In this document: positions 1 through 9,199 of the stretch, in pieces
Numbering within the stretch: the stretch's first letter is position 1
How the letters are laid out: the number at the start of each line of letters is the position of its first letter
Origin: an uncultured bacterium
GTDB taxonomy: Bacteria > Cyanobacteriota > Vampirovibrionia > Gastranaerophilales > Gastranaerophilaceae
Assembly: GCA_900319365.1 (NCBI GenBank)
Contig: ONOE01000007.1
Coordinates: 1,792 to 65,791, forward strand
Reading direction: 5' to 3'
Length of the DNA: 64,000 nt
Made by a program: the position numbers and the translations under genes
The notes under the pieces: model-generated
What the model saw: only the letters and a program-made list of their open reading frames with translations
What the model was told of the DNA's origin: nothing
The model's database searches: none

Positions 1-569
1 TCCGCATCTTCAATTGTGTCTATAATTTCCATGCTGTCATCGGATGATCCTCGTTTATCATAAATTGATGTAATAGTAACATCTTCTGACATAATTTGAC
101 TTACTTTAGAGGGTTCCATATCCATATATGATGCAATTTCATTTGTGGTGGGAACTCTGCCTAATTCTTGTTTAAGCGTTTCTATAGCTTTTTTTACTTC
201 TTTAATTTTCTTTCTTACACTTCTTGGCAAAAAGTCTTGAGAACGCACTTTATCAAGTATTGAACCTCTTATTCTTATAAGGGCGTATGTTTCAAATCTG
301 GAATTTCTTTGCGGCGAAAATCTTTCTATCGCATTAATAAGTCCTTCTACCCCGTATCCTGCGATATCTTCAATTGATATTGTTGCGGGAAGTGATACTT
401 TTACACGTCCGACAACATATCTGACAAGATAAATGTACTGAACAATCAATTGATCTCTTGTTTTTTTATCTGTTTTATCAGCAAGATACTTTTCCCAGAG
501 CGCAGTAAGTTCCGCCTCGGATAATCTTTTTATGCTGTTGTATGAGGAAAAATTAAAAGTGCCTTCCAT
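1..569 (-). CDS. fliA: RNA polymerase sigma factor, FliA/WhiG/SigF (sigma-28) family; N-terminal part only, the rest lies beyond the window edge
   Basis: Not in the ORF track because there is no stop in the window. Manual minus-strand translation from the ATG at 567-569 gives MEGTFNFSSYNSIKRLSEAELTALWEKYLADKTDKKTRDQLIVQYIYLVRYVVGRV...GVEGLINAIERFSPQRNSRFETYALIRIRGSILDKVRSQDFLPRSVRKKIKE. These are sigma-70 regions 2-3 with the FliA-type RIRG..D..R..D..PRSVR pattern. Confidence 0.8.
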   Translation of the reverse strand, partial: MEGTFNFSSYNSIKRLSEAELTALWEKYLADKTDKKTRDQLIVQYIYLVRYVVGRVKVSLPATISIEDIAGYGVEGLINAIERFSPQRNSRFETYALIRIRGSILDKVRSQDFLPRSVRKKIKEVKKAIETLKQELGRVPTTNEIASYMDMEPSKVSQIMSEDVTITSIYDKRGSSDDSMEIIDTIEDA

Positions 570-799
570 TAACCTTTATTCCTTTTTACATTATTATTTT
601 ATAATATTGATTTTTTTTAACATCATTTAAAAAGATGAATGTATAAAAATTTATTAAAGCCGTTAATATTAAAAATTTACTAAAGTTCCGTATAAGTTAT
701 CTACAGGCGATATTAAAGGGAATATAAAAATGATTTATAAAAGATTAAATCCTATAAATAACGGATATATAAAATCGTTATTTCTTTTAAAATAATAAT

Positions 800-1126
800 A
801 TGGAATATTACGCATCATTAGAAAACGAGGATAAAGCGCTAAAAGCTGTCGGTTTGGAACTTATGTTTTTAACACCCGAAAAATGTAATTCCGAATACGG
901 AATTACTGCGGTTGAATTGTCCAAACGTGTAAATCTTCCGCTTGATGTAGTAAAAAAGAAACTCGCAATATTAAAAGATAAAAATATTGCTATTGTAAAA
1001 GGTATAAACCCCAAATATTGGAGCTTTGATCAGTATAATTTCCAAAGATTACCCGAAGACGATGATATATTCCTGCTTTTATGCAGTTTTGATGATGTGG
1101 ATTTTGACAAATTCTTTTCTTATTAA
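800..1126 (+). CDS. hypothetical small protein, possible winged-helix DNA-binding fold
   Basis: 108-aa ORF with no competing frame. The segment GITAVELSKRVNLPLDVVKKKLAILKDKNIAIV looks like a wHTH recognition region. No family recognised. Confidence 0.4.
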   Translation: MEYYASLENEDKALKAVGLELMFLTPEKCNSEYGITAVELSKRVNLPLDVVKKKLAILKDKNIAIVKGINPKYWSFDQYNFQRLPEDDDIFLLLCSFDDVDFDKFFSY

Positions 1127-1196
1127 AACTAAAAAAAGCCTGTATTTTTAGATAATAGTATGCTATGATAAATATGTTATCAGAAAAGGAGCCTAT

Positions 1197-2528
1197 ATGC
1201 CGAAGTCCGCAAACCAATTTCTTAAACCTTTGACACAAAAAGTCAATTCTGACGGTAATATTGAAATCGGCGGATGTGATTTGGTTTCTCTTGCCGAAAA
1301 ATTCGGCACCCCTTTGTATGTGTTGGACGAAAAAACAATTCGTGCAATATGTAATGATTATAAAAATGCGTTTGCATCTTATCCGAATACAACTATAATG
1401 TTTGCTTCAAAAGCGCTTTGTACTCAGGCTGTTACCGCTGTTATGGACAGCGAGGATGTCGGCTTTGATACGGTGTCGGGCGGCGAAATTTATACCGTGT
1501 ATAAATCGAGCGTTGATATGAAAAAAGTTCTTTTTAACGGCAATAACAAGTCGTTTGATGAACTTAATCTTGCGCTTGATTTAGGTGTAGGCAGAATTTC
1601 GGTTGATAATTTTTACGAACTTGCTTTGCTTAGCACAATTGCGCAATCCAAAAATAAAACGGTCGATATTCTTTTAAGAATTACTCCGGGGATTGAATGT
1701 CATACGCATGAATACATTCAAACAGGGCATCTTGATTCAAAATTCGGATTTGATTTAACTCAAATTGATGATGCGGTCGATTTGATATTGGGCGAATACA
1801 CGAATTTGAAACTTCACGGGCTGCATGCTCATATAGGTTCTCAAATTTTTGAATCTGCCGTTTATATTGATGAAATTGATATTTTATGCAAAGAAATTGC
1901 AAGGCTTGATGAAAAATTTAATTTAAAACTTGATGAAATTAATATCGGCGGAGGTTTGGGTGTAAAATATACATCTGACGATACACCGTTATCGATTTAT
2001 GATGTCGGGAAAATGATTACAGACAGATTGAATACTTCCGTAAAAAAATACAATATTGCGCCTCCTGCGCTGTTTTTAGAACCGGGGAGAAGTATGATTT
2101 CCATGGCGGGAGTTACTCTTTATACCGTAGGAAGTTCAAAACAGGTTCCGCACGGCAGAAAATATGTTGCAGTTGACGGCGGTATGGCAGATAACCCTAG
2201 ACCGAGTCTTTATCAGGCAAAATATTGCGCCGAGGTTGCAAATAAAAAAGACGAAACACAAAATGAAAAAGTTACGATTTGCGGGAGATACTGCGAATCC
2301 GGTGATGTTTTGATTGAGGAAATCGAATTGCCGTCATTAAATGAAGGTGATATTTTATGCGTTTACAATACGGGGGCTTACAATTATTCTATGGCATCAA
2401 ATTATAACCGTGTAGAAAAGCCCGCAATGGTTTTGCTTAACGATGGCGAGGCTGACGAGATTGTAGTGCGTGAAACTTTAGAAGATTTAATTCGAAACGA
2501 TGTAATTCCGGATAGGTTGAAAAAATAA
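1197..2528 (+). CDS. lysA: diaminopimelate decarboxylase
   Basis: 443-aa ORF with typical PLP-dependent Orn/DAP/Arg decarboxylase fold-III features (GTPLYV, HAHIGSQ, GGGLGV, EPGRS, CESGD). An AGGAG RBS lies upstream. Confidence 0.93.
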   Translation: MPKSANQFLKPLTQKVNSDGNIEIGGCDLVSLAEKFGTPLYVLDEKTIRAICNDYKNAFASYPNTTIMFASKALCTQAVTAVMDSEDVGFDTVSGGEIYTVYKSSVDMKKVLFNGNNKSFDELNLALDLGVGRISVDNFYELALLSTIAQSKNKTVDILLRITPGIECHTHEYIQTGHLDSKFGFDLTQIDDAVDLILGEYTNLKLHGLHAHIGSQIFESAVYIDEIDILCKEIARLDEKFNLKLDEINIGGGLGVKYTSDDTPLSIYDVGKMITDRLNTSVKKYNIAPPALFLEPGRSMISMAGVTLYTVGSSKQVPHGRKYVAVDGGMADNPRPSLYQAKYCAEVANKKDETQNEKVTICGRYCESGDVLIEEIELPSLNEGDILCVYNTGAYNYSMASNYNRVEKPAMVLLNDGEADEIVVRETLEDLIRNDVIPDRLKK

Positions 2529-3433
2529 TGGAAAGTATATTACAAGGATTGCAAAATTTAATAGTTGACTGGCATGCGCTTATTATTGATGCATTTAGCT
2601 GGAAAGATGTATTTGAAGTATTGATTATCGTGTCGATACTTATGTTTCTTTATCAGAAATTTATTAAAAATACTCAATCCGAAAAGTTTGTTAAAGGGGC
2701 GTTTGTTCTTGTATTTATCTGGATTTTGAGTGAAATCTTAATTGCGGTTGATTTAAAAATCCTCGGGGTATTTTTGCGCTCTGTCGTATTGTTTGTATCT
2801 TTGAGTTTAATCGTAATATTCCAGCCAGAATTAAGAAAACTTCTCGGGTATCTCGGGCAGGTAGGATTTATTAATAAATTATTGTCGGGCAACAAAAACA
2901 GTAAAAATAACAAATCTATTGATGTTATTAAAGAGGTTGTCGAGGCTGTTAAATATTTGTCAAAAACTCATACGGGTGCTTTGATTGTATTTCAAAATGA
3001 TTTAAGTAATACCTATAAAGATGTCGGAACTATTTTGAATGCTGATGTTTCGACCGAATTAATTTTGACGATTTTCCATGTTAATACCCCTTTGCATGAC
3101 GGGGCAATAGTTATAAGCGGTTCAAAAATAATTTCGGCAGGGGTGCTTTTACCTTTAACTGAAGATCCTAAATTAAGTTGGAAATACGGAACACGCCACA
3201 GAGCAGCTATCGGAATGAGCGAAAATTCAAATGCCGCATGTCTTGTTGTTTCTGAAGAAACGGGAGATGTTTCGATAACAATGGACGGAACATTGAAAAA
3301 ATATGATGATATTCCGACCCTCAAAGCGGATTTGGAAAATATTTTAGGGTATAAAAATAACGATAATGAAGATAAAAATCATATCTTCAGCTTGGAAAAA
3401 CTTTTATCCAAGAACAAAAAAGATGAGAAATAA
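2528..3433 (+). CDS. cdaA: diadenylate cyclase CdaA (DisA_N domain, N-terminal TM helices)
   Basis: Three N-terminal hydrophobic helices followed by TGALIVFQ, HDGAIVI, RHRAAIGMSE and VVSEETG. Its start overlaps the lysA stop (TAATG). Confidence 0.9.
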   Translation: MESILQGLQNLIVDWHALIIDAFSWKDVFEVLIIVSILMFLYQKFIKNTQSEKFVKGAFVLVFIWILSEILIAVDLKILGVFLRSVVLFVSLSLIVIFQPELRKLLGYLGQVGFINKLLSGNKNSKNNKSIDVIKEVVEAVKYLSKTHTGALIVFQNDLSNTYKDVGTILNADVSTELILTIFHVNTPLHDGAIVISGSKIISAGVLLPLTEDPKLSWKYGTRHRAAIGMSENSNAACLVVSEETGDVSITMDGTLKKYDDIPTLKADLENILGYKNNDNEDKNHIFSLEKLLSKNKKDEK

Positions 3434-3530
3434 TATAAACGGGAACCCCCTGATAAAAGTGTGGAAGATGTCGTATTTCTTCGGTTTTTAAAAGAGGGTT
3501 CAAACTTGTTTATATTAAATTTTTTATATC

Positions 3531-5162
3531 TTATTTCTTATCTTGAGTGTAATCCGTGCCTCCGACTATTCTCAATCTGAGGTGTCTGTTTTCACCTTCT
3601 CCTACGGAAGTTGAGTCAAGATTATGCTGCTGTGCAAGTTCGTGCTGCAATTTTCTGATCTGTTGGCTTTGAGGTTTTAATTCGATATCTCTTTTTGTAC
3701 CTGCAAGAATTTGATCAATTGCGGCTTTTGTTTCATCAAGCGCTTTTTCCGTTACGTCATAGAATGTTTGTTTTTCGTTCAATTCCGTAATATCAAGAGC
3801 CTGCTTGATTACTTTTTGAATTTGCGCCATTGAATTTGTTTTTACATAGAATATTTGCAATCTGTCTTTTTCTGCCGTACTGAGAACTTTAGCTCCGCCT
3901 TTGACGAAGTTTTTATGAGCAATTACGATATCAGCATCATCAATGTTTCTTGTAATTTCCGCATTCAAATCAAGTCTTTCAATGACTTTTTCTGCGATGC
4001 TTCTTGATACCGCATAAAGATAGATTTTTTTGTAAGGTTTTACATCTTCAACATATTTTTGCCTTGAGAATGAGAATTTAAGGCTTTCGGGGTGCTCAAT
4101 GGTATCGTCGAGTTTGTTTATTTTATCGATAACATTCGGAACTCTCTGCGGAACCGGTGTGGCAGACGGAATGTTGAAATCATAAACCTTGTCGATTTTT
4201 CTAATTTCGGGTTTAATCGGCCATCCTCTTAAGATATAATCGACTGCTTCTGCCGTATCTTTGTATATTGCCAGAGTGTTTCTGTCTAAGATTTCTATAA
4301 CGATGTCAAAAGTCGGTTGTTTTTCTCTTTCAAGAACGGTTTTTTGAGAAGCCCTTCTTTTTGCTTCATCATCACCTAAAGTTACAGATTGAATGCCGCC
4401 GACCAAATCCGATAATGTCGGGTTTTTGATAAGGTTTTCAAGAGTGTTGCCGTGAGCCGTTGCAATAAGCATTACGCCTCGTTCTGCAATTGTACGTGCT
4501 GCCTGTGCTTCTTCTTCCGTTCCGATTTCATCAACTATGATGACTTCGGGGGTGTGGTTTTCTACAGCTTCAATCATTACATCTTTTTGAAATTCGGGTT
4601 GGCGAACCTGCATTCTTCTGGCATGTCCTACGGCAGGATGCGGAATGTCGCCATCTCCTGCGATCTCGTTTGATGTATCAACTATAACAACACGTTTATG
4701 AAGTTCGTCTGCAACAAGCCGTGAAATTTCTCTTAATTTTGTGGTCTTACCTACTCCCGGTCTGCCAAGAAATAAAATACTTTTATTTTGCATACATAAA
4801 TCTTTGATGCAAGCTATTGTTCCCGTCACTACTCTGCCGATACGGCATGTCAATCCTACAATTTTACCCTGTCTGTTTCTGATGGCGCTTATTCTATGTA
4901 ATGTACCCGCTATGCCTGATCTGTTGTCTGATGTAAATTCGGGGATTCTTGATGTGATATGCTCAATATCTTCATCTGTTACGGGCGGAGTATCAAGGTA
5001 GTCAATATGCCCGTCAGAATACCTTATTTCAGGAACTCTGCCTAAATCCAGTACAAATTCAATAGCATCGTCAAGCATTTGAGGAGAAACTTTTTGATTT
5101 ACCTTTGCGGGTAAAATCTCCAACAATTTTTCAATATCATTTTCGGATTTCAGGTTGCTCAT
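3531..5162 (-). CDS. ycf45: R3H-domain AAA+ ATPase, Ycf45 / SpoIIIAA-like
   Basis: Walker A GRPGVGKTT, Walker B VIIVDEIG and a C-terminal R3H-like region ending in HLRLRIVGG. The architecture matches cyanobacterial/plastid Ycf45. Confidence 0.8.
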   Translation of the reverse strand: MSNLKSENDIEKLLEILPAKVNQKVSPQMLDDAIEFVLDLGRVPEIRYSDGHIDYLDTPPVTDEDIEHITSRIPEFTSDNRSGIAGTLHRISAIRNRQGKIVGLTCRIGRVVTGTIACIKDLCMQNKSILFLGRPGVGKTTKLREISRLVADELHKRVVIVDTSNEIAGDGDIPHPAVGHARRMQVRQPEFQKDVMIEAVENHTPEVIIVDEIGTEEEAQAARTIAERGVMLIATAHGNTLENLIKNPTLSDLVGGIQSVTLGDDEAKRRASQKTVLEREKQPTFDIVIEILDRNTLAIYKDTAEAVDYILRGWPIKPEIRKIDKVYDFNIPSATPVPQRVPNVIDKINKLDDTIEHPESLKFSFSRQKYVEDVKPYKKIYLYAVSRSIAEKVIERLDLNAEITRNIDDADIVIAHKNFVKGGAKVLSTAEKDRLQIFYVKTNSMAQIQKVIKQALDITELNEKQTFYDVTEKALDETKAAIDQILAGTKRDIELKPQSQQIRKLQHELAQQHNLDSTSVGEGENRHLRLRIVGGTDYTQDKK

Positions 5163-5479
5163 AATTTCGCCACCTCTCTTTGTAAGATTATATCAAATTA
5201 TTTTATGGGGATCTTTAAGCAGTTTAAAAATTGATATATCTTCTATATATATTATACCATGTATTACGGCAAATTTTTAGTCTGAATTGAGAAAAATTAA
5301 TAAAAACTTAATAAAACTTAATAATCAAAAACAGCCTCAAAACGTGTAAAATCAACACTTTTAATTTTCAAAAATAGAAAAATTATAATTCGTTGGTTCA
5401 AAATTTATATTCAAAAAATAATCAAAATTTTGCGTGTTACATTTAGAAATACAAAGAATTTTTTGTAAAGATATATTAA

Positions 5480-6436
5480 TTAAACCAACTCTTCATCTGT
5501 TATATAACGAGGACGTCCTTTTACTTCGTTGTAAATTTGACCGACGTATTCGCCTATTACCCCGAGGCAAAATATCTGAATCCCGCCGACAAAACCGACA
5601 AGCGAAATCATTGTGGTAACGCCGTGCAACACATTGTGAAAAATGATTTTTTTAAGGATTGCTTCCAATGCTACGCAAAATGCAAATAATGCCATTATAA
5701 GCCCGACGCATGAAACTATTCGCAAAGGTACAATACTGAATGATGTTATACCGTTTAGGGCAAGTCCCATAAGAGAAAAGAAGTTAAATTTTGATTTTCC
5801 CGCAAATCTCGGTTTAACATCAAATGCTACAGTCGTGGTTTTTAACCCTGTTTCGTGGAAAAATCCTCTTAAAAACAGCGCTTTTTCGGGGTACATTTCC
5901 ATTATGTCGAGCGCTTTTTTATCGACAAGTCTGAAATCGGAATGGTTCAGAGGAATTTTTACTCCGAAAATATTCATTGTTTTATAAAATAAATATGCGG
6001 AAGTCTTTTTTAAAAACGAATCTGTTTTTCTGTTTTTTCTTACCCCTAAAACAACCTCATACCCTTGGTTGTATTTATCTAAGAAAGCTTCTATCGCATT
6101 GATATCCTGCTGCAAATCGGCATCAATTGATACAACGCAATCGCAGCCGAGTCTTCTTACGCTTTCAAGTCCTGCAATCAATGCTTTCTGGTTTCCGTAA
6201 TTTTTAATGAATTTCTGCCCTTTAATTTCTTGCGGGTTTTTAGAGTGGTAGGCTTCGATGATATTCCAGCTTTTGTCTTTTGAACCGTCATCAACAAAAT
6301 ATAAGTAACTGTCTTTTGAAATCTTATTTTTATTCGTCAATTTTTTCAGATAATCAGATAAGGTTTCTATGGTCGATTTAAGACAGGATTCTTCATTGAA
6401 ACACGGTATGATTATGGCAAGTTTAGGAATTTGCAT
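5480..6436 (-). CDS. family 2 glycosyltransferase, polyprenyl-phosphate sugar transferase type (ArnC/GtrB-like) with C-terminal TM helices
   Basis: IIIPCFNEE, YFVDDGSKD and SIDADLQ (DXD) motifs, plus two C-terminal TM segments typical of GtrB/ArnC. Confidence 0.8.
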   Translation of the reverse strand: MQIPKLAIIIPCFNEESCLKSTIETLSDYLKKLTNKNKISKDSYLYFVDDGSKDKSWNIIEAYHSKNPQEIKGQKFIKNYGNQKALIAGLESVRRLGCDCVVSIDADLQQDINAIEAFLDKYNQGYEVVLGVRKNRKTDSFLKKTSAYLFYKTMNIFGVKIPLNHSDFRLVDKKALDIMEMYPEKALFLRGFFHETGLKTTTVAFDVKPRFAGKSKFNFFSLMGLALNGITSFSIVPLRIVSCVGLIMALFAFCVALEAILKKIIFHNVLHGVTTMISLVGFVGGIQIFCLGVIGEYVGQIYNEVKGRPRYITDEELV

Positions 6437-6503
6437 TAGCCCTCTCTTTCTATTATTATTATCATTATAGGATTCAAAAAAACAATATGCAAGGAAATGG
6501 GTT

Positions 6504-7346
6504 ATGATTGATAAGAAATTTATATTAAATGCTGATGATTTCGGGCTGGGGTTTGCGCAAAATCAAGCAGTATTGGAAGGGTATGTAAACGGCTTTTTAT
6601 CAAGCGCAAGTTTATGTGCAAACGGTGATGCTTTTGATAATGCGGTAAATGATGTATTGCCTGATTGTCCTAATTTAAGTGTTGGTGTTCATTTAAATAT
6701 AATGGAAGGAAAATCCTTAACGGGTGCGAAATCTCTTACCGATAGCGACGGGAATTTTAACAAAAGTTATTTGTATTACCTTTGGAAAAGAAACGATGTT
6801 GAAGTATTAGACGATATAAAAGAAGAATTTATCGCACAGGTAGAGAGGATTTTGGAGCATACAAAGGTTTCTCATATAGATTCACATGTGCATGTTCATG
6901 CTATCCCTTCAATTTTTGAAATCGTTTGCAAGATTGCGCATAAATACGAAATCCCTTATATAAGAACGCAGCATGAAGAATTGTATTTTGTCCCGAAATT
7001 TGAAAAGCATTTAAATCTCCAATTCCCGATGAATTTACTAAAAGTTGCGCTCTTAAATTACTTTACAAAGTCTAACAAAGAAACGGCTGATGTTTACGAT
7101 TTAAAAACCAATGATTTTCTGTTAGGGGTCGGATATTCGGGGCTGATGGATTCTCAAACCGTTGAATACGGCTTGAGAGCTATTGAAGAAGAATCATTAA
7201 CCGAAGCTTTAATTCACCCCAGAAAATACGATTCGAATTTAAAAGATTCTCATACCAAAGAGTTTTCAATTACTCAAAATATGAAACTGAAAGAATGTAT
7301 TGAAAAACTTGGTTTTGAACTTACAAATTTTAACGATTTAAAATGA
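6504..7346 (+). CDS. YdjC/ChbG-family carbohydrate deacetylase-like protein
   Basis: The N-terminal LNADDFGL and the later VGVHLN / HIDSHVHVH metal-ligand pattern are characteristic of the YdjC family. Confidence 0.75.
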   Translation: MIDKKFILNADDFGLGFAQNQAVLEGYVNGFLSSASLCANGDAFDNAVNDVLPDCPNLSVGVHLNIMEGKSLTGAKSLTDSDGNFNKSYLYYLWKRNDVEVLDDIKEEFIAQVERILEHTKVSHIDSHVHVHAIPSIFEIVCKIAHKYEIPYIRTQHEELYFVPKFEKHLNLQFPMNLLKVALLNYFTKSNKETADVYDLKTNDFLLGVGYSGLMDSQTVEYGLRAIEEESLTEALIHPRKYDSNLKDSHTKEFSITQNMKLKECIEKLGFELTNFNDLK

Positions 7347-9160
7347 AGAAAAAGATATTTACAATCATATTTTTAATAATTGTTACGGGGGTATTTGCCT
7401 TATGGGTAACAAATTTCAACAACGGTCATAATGTTTTGGAAGTTATTGAGGCCGATAAAGTCAAAATAGATTTAAATAATAACGGCACGGCTGATAACGA
7501 TGAAACAGTATGTATTGCGGGGCTTGAAAGTTTTAAACTTAATTCTGACGATAAGTTTTTAAATAAATATGCCAAAGAATTTAAACTTTCTAAAATTGAT
7601 ATGATTGATATGGGTTATCTTGCAAGGGAATTTGCAATAAAAACTCTTTTGTATAAAAAAGTTCATGTTGATTTAACGGGGAAAGAAAATATAAATTGCC
7701 GTTTTGCATCAATTAGTATTGACGGTATGCCGTATGCGGATTTACTTCTTAAAAGCGGATTCGGGATAAAAAACGGTAAAATCGGAAACCCGTCAAAATA
7801 TAAACAGCAGTTGAAGTATTCCAAAAAATTAAACCTTGTGATACTCAATCACCATTCAAATATTTACCATAAACTTGATTGCAAATACGGAAATCTTGCC
7901 CATGACAAAATTATTATTCCTTTAAAACAGCTGCCGCAGAATGTAAGACCTTGCAGGTATTGCCATAATTTATTAAAGAAATTCAAAAAACATAAACGTA
8001 AATCAAAAAACAATTTTGACTATGTCCTTAACGTTGCACCGCCTGTGCTTGTGGTGTCGGAGGGAAATATTGCTTTATATAAATTTGATTACGCTAAAAA
8101 TCTCAAACCGAATTCGTATTGCGCAAATAATGTTTGCAGACTGATTGTAAACGAAATAAACAAGGCCGAAAAGTCAATCGATATTGCTATATACGGGTAT
8201 GAAGATATTCCTTTGTTTACCCAAAGTTTAAGAAAAGCAAAAGCAAGAGGGGTAAAAATAAGATTTATTTATGACGGCGGGGCAAATACTTTTTATCAGG
8301 GAAATCATATAATTTCGGTTTTGTCTGATGAGGTTTCAAGTGATGAGAAATCTTCCCAATCGTCTAAACTTATGCATAACAAATTTATAATTATAGATGA
8401 TCAAAAAGTCATCACAGGTTCAATGAATTACTCAAGAACAGGCATGAGCGGATATGATGCAAATGATGTTGTAATTATTAATTCAAAAGATGTTGCAAAT
8501 TTGTACACATCTGAATTTGAACAAATGCTTAGCGGCAAATACCATAACGCCAAAGAAAAACATTCGGGCTCAAACAGATTTCTAATCGGCAACAGCATTT
8601 TGGAAGTTTATTTTTCTCCGCAGGACAATGCGGCATCAAGGGTTGTCGAACTTATAAACGGCGCTAAAAAATATGTTTATGTCCCAACATTTTTAATTAC
8701 TCATAAATATATTGCTCAAGCTTTAATCAATGCGCACAGACATGGGGTTGACGTAAAAGTGATAATTGATGCAAACAGCGTTAATACAAGAAATTCAAAA
8801 CATAAACTCCTGCGCTCAAACGGTATTCCTTTAAAAGCGGAAAATTATGCGGGTAAATTGCATTCAAAAAGTATTGTAATTGATGATAAATATTTGATAA
8901 TCGGTTCAATGAATTTTTCAAACAGCGGGGAAAATAAGAATGATGAAAATATGCTGGTTTTGACAAATCCTGATTTTGCAAGGAATTATCGCAATTTCTT
9001 TTTATACCTTTGGAAAATTATTCCTGACAGATATTTAAAATCCGCTCCGAGAGCAGAAAGTATTTATTCTATCGGGTCATGCTCTGATGGAGTCGATAAT
9101 AATTTTGACGGCAAAATTGATTCTCAAGATGCAGGTTGCAAACCAAAATCCCGCAGATAG
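7343..9160 (+). CDS. membrane-anchored multidomain phospholipase-D-superfamily protein (SNase-like + Ada-type Zn finger + 2x HKD + Cys/Asp-rich tail)
   Basis: N-terminal TM anchor. Two HKD motifs: LMHNKFIIIDDQKVITGSMNYS and KLHSKSIVIDDKYLIIGSMNFSNSGENKNDEN. Also IYHKLDC...RPCRYCH (Ada-like Zn site) and a C-terminal CSDGVDNNFDGKIDSQDAGC motif. ATGA overlap with the ydjC-like gene. Confidence 0.8.
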   Translation: MKKKIFTIIFLIIVTGVFALWVTNFNNGHNVLEVIEADKVKIDLNNNGTADNDETVCIAGLESFKLNSDDKFLNKYAKEFKLSKIDMIDMGYLAREFAIKTLLYKKVHVDLTGKENINCRFASISIDGMPYADLLLKSGFGIKNGKIGNPSKYKQQLKYSKKLNLVILNHHSNIYHKLDCKYGNLAHDKIIIPLKQLPQNVRPCRYCHNLLKKFKKHKRKSKNNFDYVLNVAPPVLVVSEGNIALYKFDYAKNLKPNSYCANNVCRLIVNEINKAEKSIDIAIYGYEDIPLFTQSLRKAKARGVKIRFIYDGGANTFYQGNHIISVLSDEVSSDEKSSQSSKLMHNKFIIIDDQKVITGSMNYSRTGMSGYDANDVVIINSKDVANLYTSEFEQMLSGKYHNAKEKHSGSNRFLIGNSILEVYFSPQDNAASRVVELINGAKKYVYVPTFLITHKYIAQALINAHRHGVDVKVIIDANSVNTRNSKHKLLRSNGIPLKAENYAGKLHSKSIVIDDKYLIIGSMNFSNSGENKNDENMLVLTNPDFARNYRNFFLYLWKIIPDRYLKSAPRAESIYSIGSCSDGVDNNFDGKIDSQDAGCKPKSRR

Positions 9161-9199
9161 GTTTTTGAAATACCCTTGGGTGCTGTGCCGACTGAAATC

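Noticed and set aside
630-665. Sigma-28-like -10 box GCCGTTAA between fliA and the 800-1126 ORF
   Set aside because: No TAAA lies at the required 15-16 nt distance (the best spacing found is about 11 nt). It is a single 7/8 match in AT-rich DNA.
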